The translations under genes were made by a program, and so were the position numbers. The notes below the pieces were generated by a model. The model was given only the letters and a program-made list of their open reading frames with translations. It ran no database searches and had not been told where the DNA came from. Below, piece after piece: positions 61,300-64,000 of a DNA stretch of 64,000 bases; the stretch's first letter is position 1, and every line of letters begins with the position of its first letter. This stretch comes from Glycera tridactyla. Lineage: Eukaryota. Location of the stretch: NCBI GenBank assembly GCA_965644265.1, contig OZ286468.1:41106001-41170000 (forward strand), written 5' to 3'.

Positions 61300-63900
61300 T
61301 TTTCGAGGTGTTTTTTAGGAGGAGTGTTCAACAGTGTCCATGATCACAAACTTGATGAGCAGAGCACCATTAAATATATGGGTACAGCTCCTTCAAAATG
61401 ACAGGTCTACTCTTGGTAAGGCTTAGAAATTCACCAGGAATGACATTATGAATGCCATCATTAAATGCTGGTGTGTATTCATCTGTGTATCGCGCTGTAG
61501 CTGAATTAGGGTTGTAGCACAATCTGTGATCGACTGACATTTTTCTCCAGCAAATGGCCGTTAGTGTGACATCTCTTGGATGATCAACATGGATTACATT
61601 GCATCCCTGATGATGTATCATCCACATATATTCCAACTTATGTTTTTTTTTAGCATATAAAGCTCCTCAGGTTGCACGCACAAGTCAAAACATATATGAA
61701 TAAATATACATCTGAATCAGAAAACATGTCGAGAGAATTAATTGACAATCCAATCATGATGCATAATCAGGAGATATAGAAACATGCGGATCCTTTATGG
61801 GACACTGAAGTAGCAACGAATCACCAATTTCTTTGTAAGCAGTGTTATTCAACGATGTATAACAAGCACCAAACCAGCCATCACTCTGTTTGCAGTAACA
61901 CTGAGATCCTCATTAGTGTGCATCTGCTTGGTCTTGGTGCCACATGACTTCTGGAAATGTTGCAATCAAGCAGATTTCATGATGCATTGAGAAATAAATG
62001 GTCACATCAGTCACAGCAAACAAGCGGAGATCTCCAACACCAGACTTTGGAATTCATTCAATGTCCCACATAATTTTAGGTGTCAGGTTCAAAGGAATAG
62101 AAGGCAGACTCGACAATCGACATCACTTCCATTGAAAGGTGATCAGCATTTAAAATATCATTGCTGCAAGGCAAGGACTTACTTTACTATAACTCACTTG
62201 AATAACCTATGTCAGAAACAGATTGAGTTGGAAAAAGTTGCTTTTGTCTGCATATGTCTCAGTTAAGCTTCAAATCAGCAATAGTAAGTGAAATTCATAA
62301 TTTGGCACACATTGATTGTTATCCTATACCGGAATGGTACAGTCGAAGCTCTTCACAAAATCAACATTTGATTCAACAGAATTTAACTTTTTGTGATTCT
62401 ACTTGGTGTGGCTTTTGTAGGCATATGACCTTCCATTTAGAGGTGGACTCAAGAGAATCTTATTCATCAAAATATCCTGAGCAGGGATGAAATCACGAAA
62501 AAATCGAATCCCATGTTGAAGACTTCTGGTACGCCTTTCCACGGAATTGACATACAGGCGAATTGTACACTTAAGAGGCATTCTTGTCGAGGTTTTATCT
62601 CTTCATCTAAATGCAAATGGTCAATTTTCCATGTGTGGGGCATCCATTTTGGATTCAGTCAATATCTAGATACACAATGAATGAAGTTCGGGCCAATATC
62701 ACTTCAAGTTTCTTATTTTCCAAATTATTGATGTCTTATGCAGTCAAGTGGACGAATCGAGGTGTCTGTGCTCGACAGAAAAAGATCAGAGAGGCACCCA
62801 GAATTAATGTGTTCATGTGATGGTCATTAGAGAAACATAAAGAATTCAGAAAGAACGGATCTGGAGTCGTCTCTTTTGAAACTGCCTGAACAGTTTCATG
62901 ACAAGTGTACATTCATTACCCCCAAGACCCTTCCATACCCATGTTTTATCTGATTCAGCATGTGTTCCCTCTGCAAACTTGAACTCCATATGTTTTCAAT
63001 AAATATAGTACATACATAAATGTCATGCCTACAACCTACAACATAATAGCTTCTGTACCGCCGATAACTCATGTGTGGGCAGTTCTTTCTTGCCTATCTC
63101 AGAGAATGTGAAATGCGGAGCTGTCAGCGAGTATTCTTGTTGATCACTCGCATATGAACACAACATTGACTCGTGATGAGCCGTTCTCGGACTAAGTTGG
63201 CATATTATAATCAGGTGGATGTCTTATATTGATCGAATTTTCAGAAAAAAGACTCGGGGCCTTTGAAACAGGGTGGTATCAGGGAAATGGGTATCCCATT
63301 TGGCTTGCAAAGGTAGCTCATAGTGAGCGATGCAGAATCAACAACTCGATTATATGACTAACTCTTATTCAATTTGATCCATCAGCAGTACTGGGTTGAA
63401 GTTGATATTATGAGAGGCTAACCAATTCACTCATTCATTTACATTGCCTCCAACAATTCATCACAAGTTAGGTGCAACTCAAATCTTAACTACTGTTCGG
63501 TTCGGATGTTTCTGAAATTATTGGATCAATAGAGCTAATCCATCTTCAAACTGTGCTGATGATATGTGATCACGCATTTCCGGTTCATATTTCCATCCAC
63601 TTCCCTTTCGGATTATGGTCCCAGATTGAATCAATGAAAGGAATCTATCATGTGGCTCGAGGTGCATGGATGTCTATATCTCGACTGATCCACTATTGAA
63701 TCATCATAATCACACGAAATCCCAATTCATCTAGCTTAGACTACACTCATAATAACATGAAGATATGAAATGTAATCCTGGCTTGACTATTCATGATGAA
63801 GGCATCATTAGAAAACAGCAAAATTGATGAGATTGATCACGTTTTGATCTGATTGTAAGAGCCATTCAACTCATATCATCTCCGCGGGCAAGCAGCTGCT
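61300..63900 (-). pseudogene. Decayed LRR-encoding sequence
   Basis: IHNVIPGEFLSLTKSRPVILKELY, QDILMNKILLSPP, RFVHLTA*DINNL and WISSIDPIISETSEPNSS*DLSCT*L. Confidence 0.55.
61775..63035 (+). repeat. Duplicate of 48965-50195
   Basis: Collinear from aacatgc(a/g)gatccttt to gtcatg..tacaaccta. Both copies are also distant paralogs of 23130-23460 and 34870-35190. Confidence 0.9.
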
Positions 63901-64000
63901 CAGTGTGTCCTCAAGTTGCTGTCTCAAGTTGAACACAAGAAGCTTATCCTATATGAAACATAACTTAAATCCATTTTGACACCCCCATCACCATGTGAAA

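Overview
AT-rich eukaryotic (metazoan-type) genomic DNA with six assembly gaps; no intact host gene, RNA gene or CRISPR array is supportable. Three layers are visible. (1) A window-wide, minus-strand field of heavily decayed leucine-rich-repeat (LRR) coding relics, full of stops and frameshifts, running from about 0.3 kb to 63.9 kb. (2) These relics sit in nested tandem segmental duplications: 10.9-29.8 kb vs 30.0-40.6 kb; 38.8-43.4 kb vs 50.8-58.1 kb; 49.0-50.2 kb vs 61.8-63.0 kb. (3) Transposable elements are inserted on top. The most notable is a nearly intact, apparently full-length 7.8-kb CR1/L2-group LINE (12286-20090) whose empty site survives in the paralogous copy. It has an unusual three-ORF layout: an L1-like coiled-coil/RRM ORF1, a separate SGNH-hydrolase ORF with all four catalytic blocks, and an APE-RT ORF2 with one +1 frameshift. 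The SGNH ORF appears to be reached through a TAATG stop-start overlap and an in-frame GT-AG intron. A second, decayed CR1-group LINE (minus strand, about 44.3-47.7 kb), several LINE 3' fragments, MITEs, a 74-bp minisatellite and many microsatellites are also present. All domain calls are motif recognition by eye, not database searches, and relic boundaries are approximate.
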